A stretch of 63,670 nucleotides of DNA, filler included, from Saprolegnia diclina VS20 (taxonomy: Eukaryota), in NCBI RefSeq assembly GCF_000281045.1. It is 3 parts of 3 records of this genome, joined end to end, with 100 filler letters (N's around TTAATTAATTAA, not from the genome) between each part and the next. Parts side by side here need not be neighbours in the genome. Positions count along the whole stretch, not along the records: positions 1 to 28,539 come from NW_008246104.1; 2 more parts are not named here. One strand, written 5' to 3'. Positions 1 through 11,294 of this stretch are shown here, piece by piece. The notes under the pieces are model-generated. The model was given only the letters and a program-made list of their open reading frames with translations, was not told the origin of the DNA and searched no databases. Within the stretch, counting starts at the first letter, position 1. Each line of letters begins with the position of its first letter. The translations under genes and the position numbers were made by a program.

Positions 1-2
1 AC

Positions 3-308
3 TCGCCCTCAGATGAGCCTTCTGACGAACCGTCGGATGATCCGAGCGTGTACCCGACAGACGCACCTGTGACGCCGACACCTCGTCCTTCGGTGAAGCC
101 TAGCGCAAAGCCGCACAAGCCAACCAAGAAGCCGAGCAAGAAGCCTCACACCAAGAAGCCAAACGTCCACGATGGCGTCGCGCAGAAGGTCTGGGAGCAG
201 TGCGGTGGCAAGGACTACACGGGCAACACCCAGTGCACCGCAGGAAACAAGTGCCACAAGTTTGACGCGTGGTACTCGCAGTGCGTTCCGTTGACGTCCA
301 AGTACTAA
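3..308 (+). CDS. 3' end of a probably secreted protein with a P/T/K-rich linker and C-terminal CBM1 (cellulose-binding module); runs off the window start
   Basis: Frame is open from base 3 (SPSDEPSDEPSDDPS...). It ends in QKVWEQCGGKDYTGNTQCTAGNKCHKFDAWYSQCVP, the CBM1 consensus (WxQCGG...C...C...YSQC). Confidence 0.9.
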   Translation, partial: SPSDEPSDEPSDDPSVYPTDAPVTPTPRPSVKPSAKPHKPTKKPSKKPHTKKPNVHDGVAQKVWEQCGGKDYTGNTQCTAGNKCHKFDAWYSQCVPLTSKY

Positions 309-490
309 AGAATAAATGATTTGCGACACTATTGTGCTCTATATAACCGTCTGGAAAAACAAAAACAAAAATGTTTTTAAAATGGTGCTTTCTCGCCAAT
401 AGAGACATGATCATGTCGTCGGTGGTTAGGTTAGACTGTACTACCCAAAAAATTATATTGGCCGTCGCTGCACCTGCATTGGCACGATGC

Positions 491-1426
491 CTACGGGCAC
501 CACACAAACGAGCTAAAAAGCACGCAGTCTGCTTTGCTGTAGGGTACGATTTGATGCGACGTCGGCCAATAACACACGTTTTTCTGTCCATTGCACTTGT
601 CGCCTGGTGCGCCTGTAGGCGGTGACGCACTTGTGGTGGGTGCAGCGGTTGCTGTCGGGCGTGGCGTCACTGTCGGCACGAGCGTTGGTGTCGGCACCTT
701 TGTGGTGGGCGTCGGCGGGTAGTAGCCCCCGGACCCATCGTCTGGCGACGGCTGATGCGTTGGGACAGGCGTCGGGAACGGGTTGGTGCCGTTGCAGGCG
801 TTGCTGATGTAGATGTCGGCGCAGTTCCAGAACTTTTCTTGGCCGTCGGGCCCGACGCCGGCGTTGTTGCCACCCGTGTACCACCACCGCAGGACGCAGT
901 GGGCATCACCGTCGCACGTGACACCCGACGGGAGCACGTACTGGAGTCGAAAGTTCTTGTTACCACCGGGCAGCGGCCACTGCTTGTTGCCATTTGGCTG
1001 CAAAAGATCGGTGAAGCAGTCCTCGGTCTCCTTGTCATTCTTCCCGAGCAGCTTACAGAGACCAAAGGTGAAGCTGCCGCGGTGATTGGCAGTGATTTGG
1101 ATGTCAATGTCGACGACGGCCCCCGGCGCGTAGCACGACGTAATGGCGCGCTCTCGGTACGTGGGAAAGAGACCGTACTTGCCGCCGGTTTCGTGGTCCC
1201 GGGGCGACGCCTGCGAGTACGGATCGCCGCAGACGCCATGGCGACCGCCACTGGTCGCGCCAATGCCACCGGCGCTGAGACCGTCGTCGTCGTAGTCGAT
1301 TGGCGCAAAGTTGAATTGGTCAAGGCGGCCCATGAACCCGCGCGCCGGCGGTGCAATCATCCGGCCATGCGCGTCGACCGACACGGCAAGAAGAGCGAGA
1401 AGCGATCCGAGATAGATGGGCTTCAT
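491..1426 (-). CDS. AA15 lytic polysaccharide monooxygenase, secreted, with P/T linker and small C-terminal 4-Cys module (311 aa)
   Basis: ATG at 1426. Signal peptide MKPIYLGSLLALLAVSVDA is followed by His1 (HGRMIAPPAR). AA15 motifs GVCGDPY, ITANHRG (second His), CVLRWWYTGGNN and QEKFWNCADI are present. Intronless. Confidence 0.9.
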   Translation of the reverse strand: MKPIYLGSLLALLAVSVDAHGRMIAPPARGFMGRLDQFNFAPIDYDDDGLSAGGIGATSGGRHGVCGDPYSQASPRDHETGGKYGLFPTYRERAITSCYAPGAVVDIDIQITANHRGSFTFGLCKLLGKNDKETEDCFTDLLQPNGNKQWPLPGGNKNFRLQYVLPSGVTCDGDAHCVLRWWYTGGNNAGVGPDGQEKFWNCADIYISNACNGTNPFPTPVPTHQPSPDDGSGGYYPPTPTTKVPTPTLVPTVTPRPTATAAPTTSASPPTGAPGDKCNGQKNVCYWPTSHQIVPYSKADCVLFSSFVWCP

Positions 1427-2178
1427 GGCGGTTGGGTCAATTGCACACTGCGGTGCGAGTCCTGCACTTGTGCACCGAGTGGTGTGTCTGATCCGTACTA
1501 GAATGTGATTCTGGGAACCTCGACTCAGATGAAGAAGCCGCTGATTTGCACGCGTTCTCTTGACTCCAGTCCATGACGTGCATACTCTAGTACGATGCAC
1601 CATGGGTACTGTATTGGTTGACCCATTAAGTACGCGAGAACGAGCTGCAACGAGAGAACGGGCAAGTAGATACGACCCAAGTTCAACGAGATGACGAAGC
1701 AAACTACTAGTAGTCGAGTGGGTGCTGCATCATGGTCCCTCTATCGATACCAACTTCAACGTCCGAATCCCCGGCACGAACGTCTGTCATCATCCTCCAA
1801 CTCTTGGCGCCCGCGATGCGGCCACCTGAATCAGCAGTGGGATGCTCACCTTTCAACATATGTTGATGTGTGCACATATTGTCTCATTGTGGCGTCTCGT
1901 AACGATAATACTCGTGGGAGCATTCATGCGTCCTGCAGTCAGAAAGAAATTGGTTTTGCAGCCTTGCAAAAATATTGTAAATACATCGTCCGTATCCGTA
2001 TAAAAAGAGCTATCGTCGAGATTTGATGCAGGCCACTAAATAGGTGGGCAGTAGACGTCCCATTGCTCCTTCGTTACCTCTTATTTGCTGCCAACATGCA
2101 ATGACATGCCACAAAAAATACACATTCCATTACGCCATTTATGGGCAGAGTTACGTAGAGTCGGCGCCAAGGAAGAGC

Positions 2179-3018
2179 TTATGGGCACCAAACGAATGCT
2201 GATTGCTTGATGCAGTCGTCCTTCGGGTACTGCACGACTTGGTTGGTCAGCGGCCAAAAGCACACGTTGGTGTTGCCCTTGCAAACGTCGGACGGCGGCG
2301 GCGTCGGTGCCACGGTTGGCACCACTGGCGCTGGGGTCACTGGCGCAGCCGTCGGCACCACGGGCGCGGACGTCACCGGTGACGGGCTTCCGCACGTGCT
2401 GCTAATGTAAATGTCGGCGCAGTTCCAGAATTGCTCTTGGCCGGCGGCGCCCCAGTTGTTGCCGCCCGTGTAGACCCAGCGAAGGACGCAGTGCGAGTCG
2501 CCATCGCACGTGACGCCGCTCGGGAGCTTGTACTGCATGTTGAAAAAGTCGTTGCCAGATGGCACTGGCCAGCGCTCGGCGCCACCGGGTTGCGTCAGCG
2601 ACTGGAAGCATTCTTCGGTCTCCTTGTCGTTCTTGCCATTGAGCTTGCAGAGACCAAAGGTAAAGTACCCCATGTGGTTGGCCGTGATCTGGATCTGAAT
2701 GTCGACGACGGCCCCCGGCGCGTAGCAGCCCGTGATGGCGCGGGCCCCGTGTTTTGGGAATTGGCCGTAGATACCACCCGTCTCGTGCTCGCGGGGCGCC
2801 GCCTGCGTATACGGATCGCCGCAGACGCCGTGGGGGCCCGACGTCGTGGCCGCGACACCGCCCGCGTTCAAGCCGTTGTCGCTATAGTCGATGGGCACAA
2901 AGGAGAACTGCGGGAGGCGCCCCATCCAGCCGCGGTGCGCGGGCTTGGTCATGCGGCCGTGGGCGTCCGTGTTGTGAAGCATCGCAGCAAGAGCAAGCGT
3001 CGAGGCAACAAGCTTCAT
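2179..3018 (-). CDS. AA15 lytic polysaccharide monooxygenase, tandem paralog (279 aa)
   Basis: ATG at 3018. Signal peptide MKLVASTLALAAMLHNTDA, then HGRMTKPAHR; ITANHMG; CVLRWVYTGGNNWG; QEQFWNCADI. Same C-terminal 4-Cys module as the first copy. Confidence 0.9.
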   Translation of the reverse strand: MKLVASTLALAAMLHNTDAHGRMTKPAHRGWMGRLPQFSFVPIDYSDNGLNAGGVAATTSGPHGVCGDPYTQAAPREHETGGIYGQFPKHGARAITGCYAPGAVVDIQIQITANHMGYFTFGLCKLNGKNDKETEECFQSLTQPGGAERWPVPSGNDFFNMQYKLPSGVTCDGDSHCVLRWVYTGGNNWGAAGQEQFWNCADIYISSTCGSPSPVTSAPVVPTAAPVTPAPVVPTVAPTPPPSDVCKGNTNVCFWPLTNQVVQYPKDDCIKQSAFVWCP

Positions 3019-3047
3019 CGTGTTTGGTGGTGGTGGTTTGACAGAGA

Positions 3048-3064
3048 CAATTGAATAATGAGGC
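3048..3064 (-). promoter_or_regulatory. Oomycete INR+FPR-like core promoter of the second AA15 gene
   Basis: The minus strand reads GCCTCATTATTCAATTG, close to the oomycete consensus GCTCATTYYNCAWTTT, about 30 nt upstream of the ATG. Confidence 0.55.
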
Positions 3065-3780
3065 GAGATCGAGATGGCGCGTGCGAGCAAATCTGATGGC
3101 TTGAAGTAGAAAAAGGTGCTGTGGGAGCATGACACGTTGACCTTGCATCTGAGACCATCACGACGCACGTCGCTGCCGTTTCCACGCGTTCCTATGCACG
3201 CGCTACGCGTGCACGCTTGCCCGATGCCGTGGGATCTTGACGGTGTCGCGTTGCACATGGGGTGGATGTTTCTGGTAGGGGTAGGGTTGAAGCCAACTAT
3301 TGACTTGAAACGAGGCTACCTTGCTGCTTCCATACTTTGCAATCGTTCATGACCAAGCTCGTGCTAGTAGCCAACAGATCCAGTTGCCAGCGCAAGCCTA
3401 TGGGTGGTGACCACGGAAGAAACTTCGGATCGACGTTGACATGGAAAGTTGTGTGTCGCGTCGGGTACTTTCTCAACCCGATAAGCGCCATTCCCATGCA
3501 GGGCGGGGGGGGTCGGCGGAACGGTCACAAGAACAGAAAGTTAGTAGGATACTGTAGTTGACTGCACTAGTTCGACTCAGATTGGTATCAGACGAAAAAG
3601 GCAAACGCAACTTGCCAAGCTTTCACATCGCAGACACCAACGCGATGGTTGTCCCAAGCTGTTGGGTTGCTGACGAGGAAAGTTGACTGTGCAGTGACGT
3701 AGTATCCGCCAACATGTAGTATCCTTTACTATTCAAGCCGCGCCCTTGTTGCTACCAAGAGGTGGCTTGAAACCTCTGCT

Positions 3781-4562
3781 TTATCCTGCAGTACTAAAAC
3801 TCGGCGCATCGTTGACATTCAACGGACAACAACAACAGTTCGGTGTATTCCCATTACTGTCGCTCGGGATCCGGCGCGGTTGGCCCATGAATCGAACAGC
3901 TAATCGCTGGAGGAGTTGTAGTGGTTTCGAGGCTTTGCTGCATGTGGTGCTAATGTAAATGTCGGCGCAGTTCCAAAACTGCACTTGGTCCGCCTCGCTC
4001 CAGTTGTTGCCGCCTATGTACCACCAGCGAAGGACGCAGTGCGAGTCGCCGTCGCACGTGACGTTGCGCGGCAGGTTGTACCGCATCTTGAACACTTGGT
4101 TGCCGGGTGGTAGTGGCCCTTGTCTTGGCCATTGGGCTGCAAAAGCGGCTCAAAGCAACCTTCGGTCTCCACGACCGAGGGCGTTGCGAGCTTGCAAAGG
4201 CCAAAGGTGAAATACCCCTAGTGGTTGGCCGTGATTTGAACTTCGAGGTTCAGCGTCGCGCCAGGTGCGTAGCAGCCGCCAACGTCCTTGGCGCCATGCA
4301 TCGGGAACAAGCCGTACGTGCCGCCGTTCTATTGAGCACGGGCGTCGCGCTCGAGTAGAGATCGCCGCACGCGCCGTGATGTCCTTTACTCGTCACGCCG
4401 ACGCCACCGGCGCTCAAACCGTTGTCGTCATAGTGGATGGACACGTACTTGAAACCAGGGAGACGGCCAATCCAGCCACGGTGGGGCGGCGTGAGAAGGC
4501 GGCTGTGGGCGTCAGCGACGGGCACGGCGCAGGCAAGCGAGTGACGACGAGACGAGCTTCAT
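3781..4562 (-). pseudogene. AA15 LPMO pseudogene (third tandem copy)
   Basis: ATG at 4562 (MKLVSSSLAC) with a frameshift in the signal peptide, then DAHSRLLTPPHRGWIG...GACGDLY. Further frameshifts near 4330 and 4115. In-frame TAG at 4218-4220 directly after ITANH. The C-terminal part is CVLRWWYIGGNNW...QVQFWNCADI with a degenerate tail module. Confidence 0.85.
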
Positions 4563-5137
4563 GGCTAGGCGCACACTTAGAAAATGAGCTCTCGACGCAA
4601 GCGTGTGCTTCAAGAGCCTCTCAGGCGTCCGATTATCGTCATGGCGGTCGTCGACGGTTCGAGCCTCGACTCAGGTGTCGCTATCTAGCCGTCTAGCGCC
4701 AGCAAGGCAGTGTTGAAGCCGATACTACGCCGAGTAAACATGGTGAAAGACGGGTACACGCACATCGCAAGCTTCTTCTTGGCGAGATGTAGTCGATCAA
4801 AGAACGAGTTGATCGGAATGTACTAAAGTTCCAACACTCAGGAGGGGGACTTTGTCAGCTGCCAGCGACTGCATATTGCGCCGTCATCCGCCAACGGGGC
4901 GTGGAATGCTACTCGTTGATCTAGCTCCTTCTCTAGAGATCAAACTACCAGGTAGATCCAAGGTATCGGGCTCATCACGATGGCCTGGGATCGCGCGCTG
5001 ATCGATGCGTGTCATCCGGATACTATGCCGGATATAGAGGGTACAACAGCTCTTCACGAGCCGGTTCAATGACCGGTTCCAACCTCAACCGGTTTGCACG
5101 ACCCGGTTCAATTTCCTGATTGTGGTGACGTGTAGCG

Positions 5138-8100
5138 ATGTCCTCAGGTTGCGCCCGCCGGTGGCTTGCCGCGGCCATGGCGCTGGTCCTGGCGATGACC
5201 GTCGCTGGCAGCAGGAAGGTAGAGGTCGACCTCACGACTACGTACCTCTCGTCGCCCGTGTACCCCGTGCTCGAGACGTCGGCGTTCCTCGCCGAGGTGG
5301 ACCCGTCGCTCTTCTTCCGCTACGTCGACGCCATCGACATGCGCGCCAAAGCAATCCAGCACATTGACAGCATCAACTACACGACGCTTGCGCTGGACGC
5401 TGCCCACGACGTGCTGCCGCCGGACGCGACGATCGCCAAGCTGCTGCCGTTCGTTCTCCAGACGCGCGCACAGTCGCCCAAGATTGAAATGTTTCATCAG
5501 GTGGGCTTGCTCGACACGTCTCTTGGCTCACGACACGTGCGTAGCTCGCAATCGAGTCGGCGTACAAGGGCTGTGGCCTCGCGTACGAAGCGGCGTCGGC
5601 GTGGGCGGTCGTCTACCACGAGACAGGCTGCGCGGCCCGTGTCATCTGCGCCGCGTCCAACTGGAACGACGCTCTGCTCACCCCGTCCACCGATGCCGTA
5701 CAGCACGATAGACACATCGTATGCAGCTCACACATGCGATGTAGAGCTGTGCAGCGTCGGGCGAACACGATTTCGAGCTGCCGGTCGACCACGTCTTTGA
5801 CAAGGACGTGGCGGACGCGCCGACCGTGCTCTTGTACGGGACGCTCGGGACCAGCTCGTTGCGCGCCTTCCATGCCAAGCTGGCGCCGCTCGCCGAGGCC
5901 AAGACGATCCGCTACATCGTCCGCCACGCACCGCACAACAATGTTTTGCCCGTGCATTTGCAAGGCTACGGCGTCTCGCTCCACATCAAGAACATGGAGT
6001 ACAAGTCGTTTGACGACTCCAAGACGCCGCACTCCAAGCACACGCCAACCGACGACGACGAAGGTACGCCCCGCCTCCGCTCTAGACCGTTGCATGGACG
6101 TCTCTACTTAGATGCATTCATCGTCTCGGTGCTCATGAAGAAGGGCGCCGAGACCGGGCCGGCATTGCGCGCGTACCAGCTCGAGTTTGAAGACTTTAGC
6201 AGTGTCAACGCCACAGAGAACAACGAAGACGCGGTAGCAACAACACGATTTGACGACAAACCCAACCCTATACGATGGGCTAGCCATGGCAATTGAACCA
6301 CCTCGGGTACTTGGCCGCAAGCGATATTTTGGCGTCGACCGACCCGCTCGCGCGTCTCCAGCAACTTTCCCAGAACTTTCCTAAGTACGCGGCCGGCCTC
6401 GCGTTGACGACCGAGTTGATCCCGTCCGAGCGCGTTGCGGCCATGGCGACTGCGCGCCGCACCGTCGCGACGCAGGTACTGGCCCGATGTTTGGGATTGA
6501 AAGTATCAAAGTATCGAGGTATCAACTCGTGGTGCATAGAACCTTTTGAACAAGCTTGTGGTCAACGGCATGCCCCACGACTTGAGTGACGTGACGTTCA
6601 ATCCATTCGACTTTGTCAAGCTCCTCGCCGGCGAAGTTCAACAAGGCGACGCGCTGCGGGCTTTGGAGCTCGACGATCCGACGCTGGCTGCCGTCCACAG
6701 CGCCATGACCACCTTGTCCACGCAAGCAGCCGAGGTACACGTTGCGCGCTTACTCGCACCCTTTCCATGGTCTGTAGGTGCGTGTTCGCGTGCGTGGGCC
6801 GGTCGATGGCACGGCGCCGCTGTATCTGAACGCGATCGAGAGCGATGAAGCGACGGCCGAGTGGCCCACCGACCTCTCGGTGCTCTCCGAGCCAGCGTGG
6901 AACCTCATTTTTCTGCGCCGTGTCATGTACGAGGTCATTGTCGTGCTCGACCCGACGACCAAGCAAGCGGCGAATGTCCTCCAGCAAATTCAATTTTTGA
7001 TTCTGCGTGGCGCGCCCGTTCAGTTTGGTGTGCTCTGGACGTCGCCCGAGCTGCTCGCGCTTGCTCCCGAGGTAGACGCGTCATCATGGCCATAGCATCT
7101 TAGGATGGTATTAGGACCGCGAGACGTATGTGCCGGCGACCGACGACAAGGCACCCGCGACGGCCTACCACGTGAGTAAGCTCTACTTAGCGGCGCGCGA
7201 CCACGGCCACGCGGCCGCCAAGCAGTTTTTGGATGGCATTGTTGAGCTGGCCGGTGGCGTGACCGTGAAGGAAGCGCTGCTGATCTACGTCCAAGCTGTG
7301 ACCCACCGCTTGGACCGTGGGTCGGCCCTCGAGGCGGCGCGCGACCTGCTGCTGTCGGCGAGCCAGGACGATAGCGTGTGGGCCATGACAGACGTTGTGC
7401 TTGCGTCGCAGCTGCCGCTCGACTCGTATGTCTTTAACGGCGTCTTGCGCCGCGACCTGAACCTCCAAGAAGGGCTCATGGCCCACTTTGGCCGGGACCA
7501 GCCACTGTACCAAGAGCTGGCGCGCGCTGGAAAATTCGCTGACGACGCCGACTTGCTCGACGAGCTGTTTGCCCACGAAGGGCATTACCCTCTCTACTCG
7601 AGTTGGCTGGATGCGTCGGAGCAGGTGCCCGTGCTCGACTTGCACTTGACGTCCTCGGTATGTTACCCTAGCCTCGTGTACCAAATGTTCGACGACGACG
7701 GACTAGGTCTGGGACGACGTCAAGTATCTGCACATGCCGCACACTGCGACCAAGCCCAAGCGCCAGAGCCTTCTTTTGGTACAGCCATTGGGTGAGGAGA
7801 TTCCCTTATTGTGGCATGTAGATGGTCGATCTGGACACGCCGGCGGGCGCGCGGAGTGCTTACAACGCGCTCAAGACGACGATGGAAACGCCGGACGTGC
7901 GTCTGAGCCTCGTGCACCTCGGCACGTCGCCGTCGTCGATCGGGTCGCGTGTGAGCTACATGCTCCACGCCATCTCGGACGTGGACGATGCGCGGTACTT
8001 GGCCATTCTCCTCGAGGTGCGCGCACTTGAGGTGCTTCTGACATATCGAGATGCAAATGCCATGTAGATCGTGCGGTTTCTGAGCAAGGCCAAGTCGGAA

Positions 8101-10332
8101 GCGGACATTGTCCTGCATGCAAAGCTCCTCGTGCAGACCCACCTCGATGCTAGCCCGGAAGAAGCGCGCTTGCGGGACCTGCTGCGCTGGCTCGACGAGA
8201 CGCCCGCGTACACGCACCCACTGCCGAGCCTCTTGTCGATCACGACACCGACGTTGCTCATCAACGGCCGTCCGTTGTCGCTGGACGACGACCAGACACT
8301 GCTCCCGTCGCTGCTCTCGGTGCTGCTGCAGTGGGAAGGCGAGAACCGCAGCAAGGCCGTCGCTCGCGCCTTCTTTGCCCCAACCAAGCACGATGCGCTC
8401 TCCGTAGCTGCCGCGGCGCATGTTAGCCAGCGCCTCCAGTCGCTGCTCGCAGTCGTCGATGCCTACTTGGCGACACCGCGCACGGGCCCGGTCTTCTCCA
8501 CGCTCGACCAGCACACGACGTTTGCGACGTCGGCGGCGAGTCGCAGCCTCTTGGACGTCGTCGCGTACCTCGACCCGCTCTCGGAAGCGAGCCAGCGCGC
8601 GAGCGTCGTTTTGCGCATGATGCGGGACGTCCTTGGCGCCAAGATCACACTGGTGCTGACGCCGACGCCGTCGTACGCGGAGTTTCCGCTCAAGCGTTTT
8701 TACCGCTATGCGTGGGGAAGCGCACCGGTGTTTCGCGTGCTGCCGCGGCCGCCCGTGCTCACGATGAACGTCGAGACGCCCGAGCTCTTCAACGTGCAAA
8801 TGGTGGCGTCGGACACCGACATCGACAACATTCAAGGTGACGCGACTGCGATGTATGCAGTGCAAAGTCTGCTCGTGTACGGCCAGTGCATTGACCGCAC
8901 CATGGCGTACCATCCGTCGCCGCCCAACGGTCTCCAGCTGGTCCTCGAGCGTACGGCGGGCGCCGACGTGCTGCACCGCGACACGGTCGTCATGAAGAAC
9001 CTCGGGTACTTTCAGCTGCAGGCGACGCCGGGGGTGTGGCGCCTCGAACTGGCCAAGGGCCGAGCGTCCGAGCTGTACGAGATGGTCGACCAAGCCGCAA
9101 CCGACCACGCCCGCGTCATTGTCTATGATTTTTCGTCGGCAATTACGCAGCTCGACGTCAAGAAGCGGCGTGGGTACGAGTATGCGCGGCTCTTGGAGGA
9201 GCCCGAGGACCTGCCGGCCGCGAAGAAGGAAGAGGACGCGGCGACACAGTCGTACTGGAAGTCGCTCGTGTCGTGGGGCACCAAGCAGCCCGTGAAGGAC
9301 GTGGTGGCGGCCCGCAGCGGCGAGACGATCCACGTCTTCTCGGTTGCGACCGGTGCGTATATTGTCCTTTGTGTGATATATGGATACGATACTATGGATA
9401 TGCTCTAGGGCATCTCTACGAACGCATGCTCAAGCTCATGATGCTCAGTGTCTTGAAGCGCACAAACAACCCGGTGACGTTTTGGTTGCTCGAAAATTTC
9501 TTGTCGCCTGGTACGTTTCGATTCCAGATTTGCGGAAATTCAGATTCACATGTGGCACGTACTATCTAGATTTCAAGAAGAGCGTGCCCGCGCTCCAAGC
9601 CGAGTTTGGCATGGACATTCGCCTTGTGACGTACAAGTGGCCCAACTGGTTGCGTCGGCAAACCGAAAAGCAGCGCATTATCTGGGGGTATCGTGTCAGA
9701 TATAGGAATCTGGTCGTGAGATCTGGTGTAGGTACAAGATTTTGTTTCTGGACGTGCTCTTCCCGCTTGGCGTGCAAAAGATCATTTACGTGGATGCGGA
9801 CCAAGTCGTGCGCGCCGATTTGAAGGAGCTCTGGCACATGGACCTCCACGGCAAGCCGTATGCGTACACGCCGTTCTGCGACTCGCGCAACGTTGGCTTC
9901 CAGTTTTGGCGCCAAGGCTACTGGAAGGACCATTTGCGCGGCAAGCCGTACCACATTTCGGCCTTGTACGTGGTCGACTTGGTGAAGTTTCGCCGCATGG
10001 CGGCCGGCGACACGCTCCGCGCCGTGTACGACCAGCTCAGCGCGGACCCAAACTCGCTCTCGAATCTGGACCAGGATCTGCCCAACTATGCGCAGCACCA
10101 GATCCCGATCCACTCGCTGCCGCAAGAGTGGCTCTGGTGCGAGAGCTGGTGCAGCGACGAGTCCAAGGCCAGCGCCAAGACCATCGATCTCTGCAACAAC
10201 CCGAAACACAAGGAGCCCAAGCTCGACATGGCCAAGCGCGTCATCTCGGGCGAGTACTTTAAGGAGAGCTGGCTCGAGCTCGACGACCAAGTCAAGGCCG
10301 CCGAGGCGGCGTACACTGCCCGCCACAGCTAG
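5138..10332 (+). CDS. UGGT: UDP-glucose:glycoprotein glucosyltransferase (multi-exon; internal exon boundaries approximate)
   Basis: N-terminal signal peptide; [44 protein letters not shown]. The GT24 domain is [14 protein letters not shown]...[30 protein letters not shown]...YVDADQVVR...NLDQDLPN...EWLWCESWC...IDLCNNP. Many ~45-55 nt GT-AG introns. Confidence 0.95.
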
Positions 10333-11294
10333 ACTACATGCGTTGACGACCATGTTGTAGCTAACGGTACATCGATAAAGAGCGCTTTCCGGGACCTCAC
10401 ACCTTGAGTTCAAGGATCCACACACGAGTAGCCCAACGTAGCAGTAGCTTGTATGGAAGCGAGTGAATGGCGCAGGCGGTGGTGCACGGCCGATGGCCGG
10501 TGAGTATTTACTCGTGGCCATCGCAAGGTAGAAGTACATGTACGACAACTCGAGCTAGCGGAGCTAGTATCGCAGAGGTGTGTTCTCTACGAGTAGCTGC
10601 GCAACCGCCGGACGACAGATAGAGTTGGATTTAGCCGATGAATGGACCCAACAGGCCGCGCACGGCCATGCAGCAGCACCGCGCCGCCTGCTACGTCAAC
10701 GCCCTTGTCTATGCAGATGTTGTATCATCAACATCAGCATAAACTTGGCATTGGTTGATCAATGGTAGAGTCCTCGGGACCCACTTGGCCGCAGCGTCGG
10801 CCACCGCCGAGCTCACGTCGCCACTTTTTACTAAGATTTTCGAAGCCATTGCGATCTTCCTTGGGCTTCATAGCACCATCCTCGTTGGCGCCAAATCCAA
10901 CTGCTTCGTCATCGTAGCGGCGCAGAGACACGGCGTCGGTCGCTGATTGGCTCTATCGATGACGCAGGCAGGCGTCCGTGGTGACAACGACCGTCGACAC
11001 GCCTGCTTGGATTGCCGTGCCGTACGTACATTGGCGTATGTACGGGAATATCGTACATTGTCAATACAAATGTGAGCTTGAGCGTACAGTTGGACGGGCA
11101 CCGCTTCGAACCGCAAGTTCCACTTGATGGCAGCGGATTGCACAATCAAGTACACTTGACATGCATGCGCGCAAGGCAATTGGTTGGATCGCAACACAAT
11201 GTACTGCATAAGGGAATGGCTGTGTTGGCGTCACGTGCTGTGGTCGTCGTGGCATGCGCGACGGAGGCCATTCGTGGATTCGCCAACAAGCAAG

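Noticed and set aside
4838..4860. GGAGGGGGAC resembling an LTR-retrotransposon polypurine tract
   Set aside because: No LTR pair, integrase or other retroelement sequence recognised nearby.
5501..5544. Very short introns (about 43-50 nt) throughout the window
   Set aside because: Canonical GT-AG and uniform across genes; a genome-wide trait, not a local novelty.
7720..9333. Long antisense ORFs opposite real genes (also 11061-12677, 30411-31367, 58109-59224)
   Set aside because: Shadow ORFs caused by high GC3 codon bias of the sense genes; no motifs of their own.
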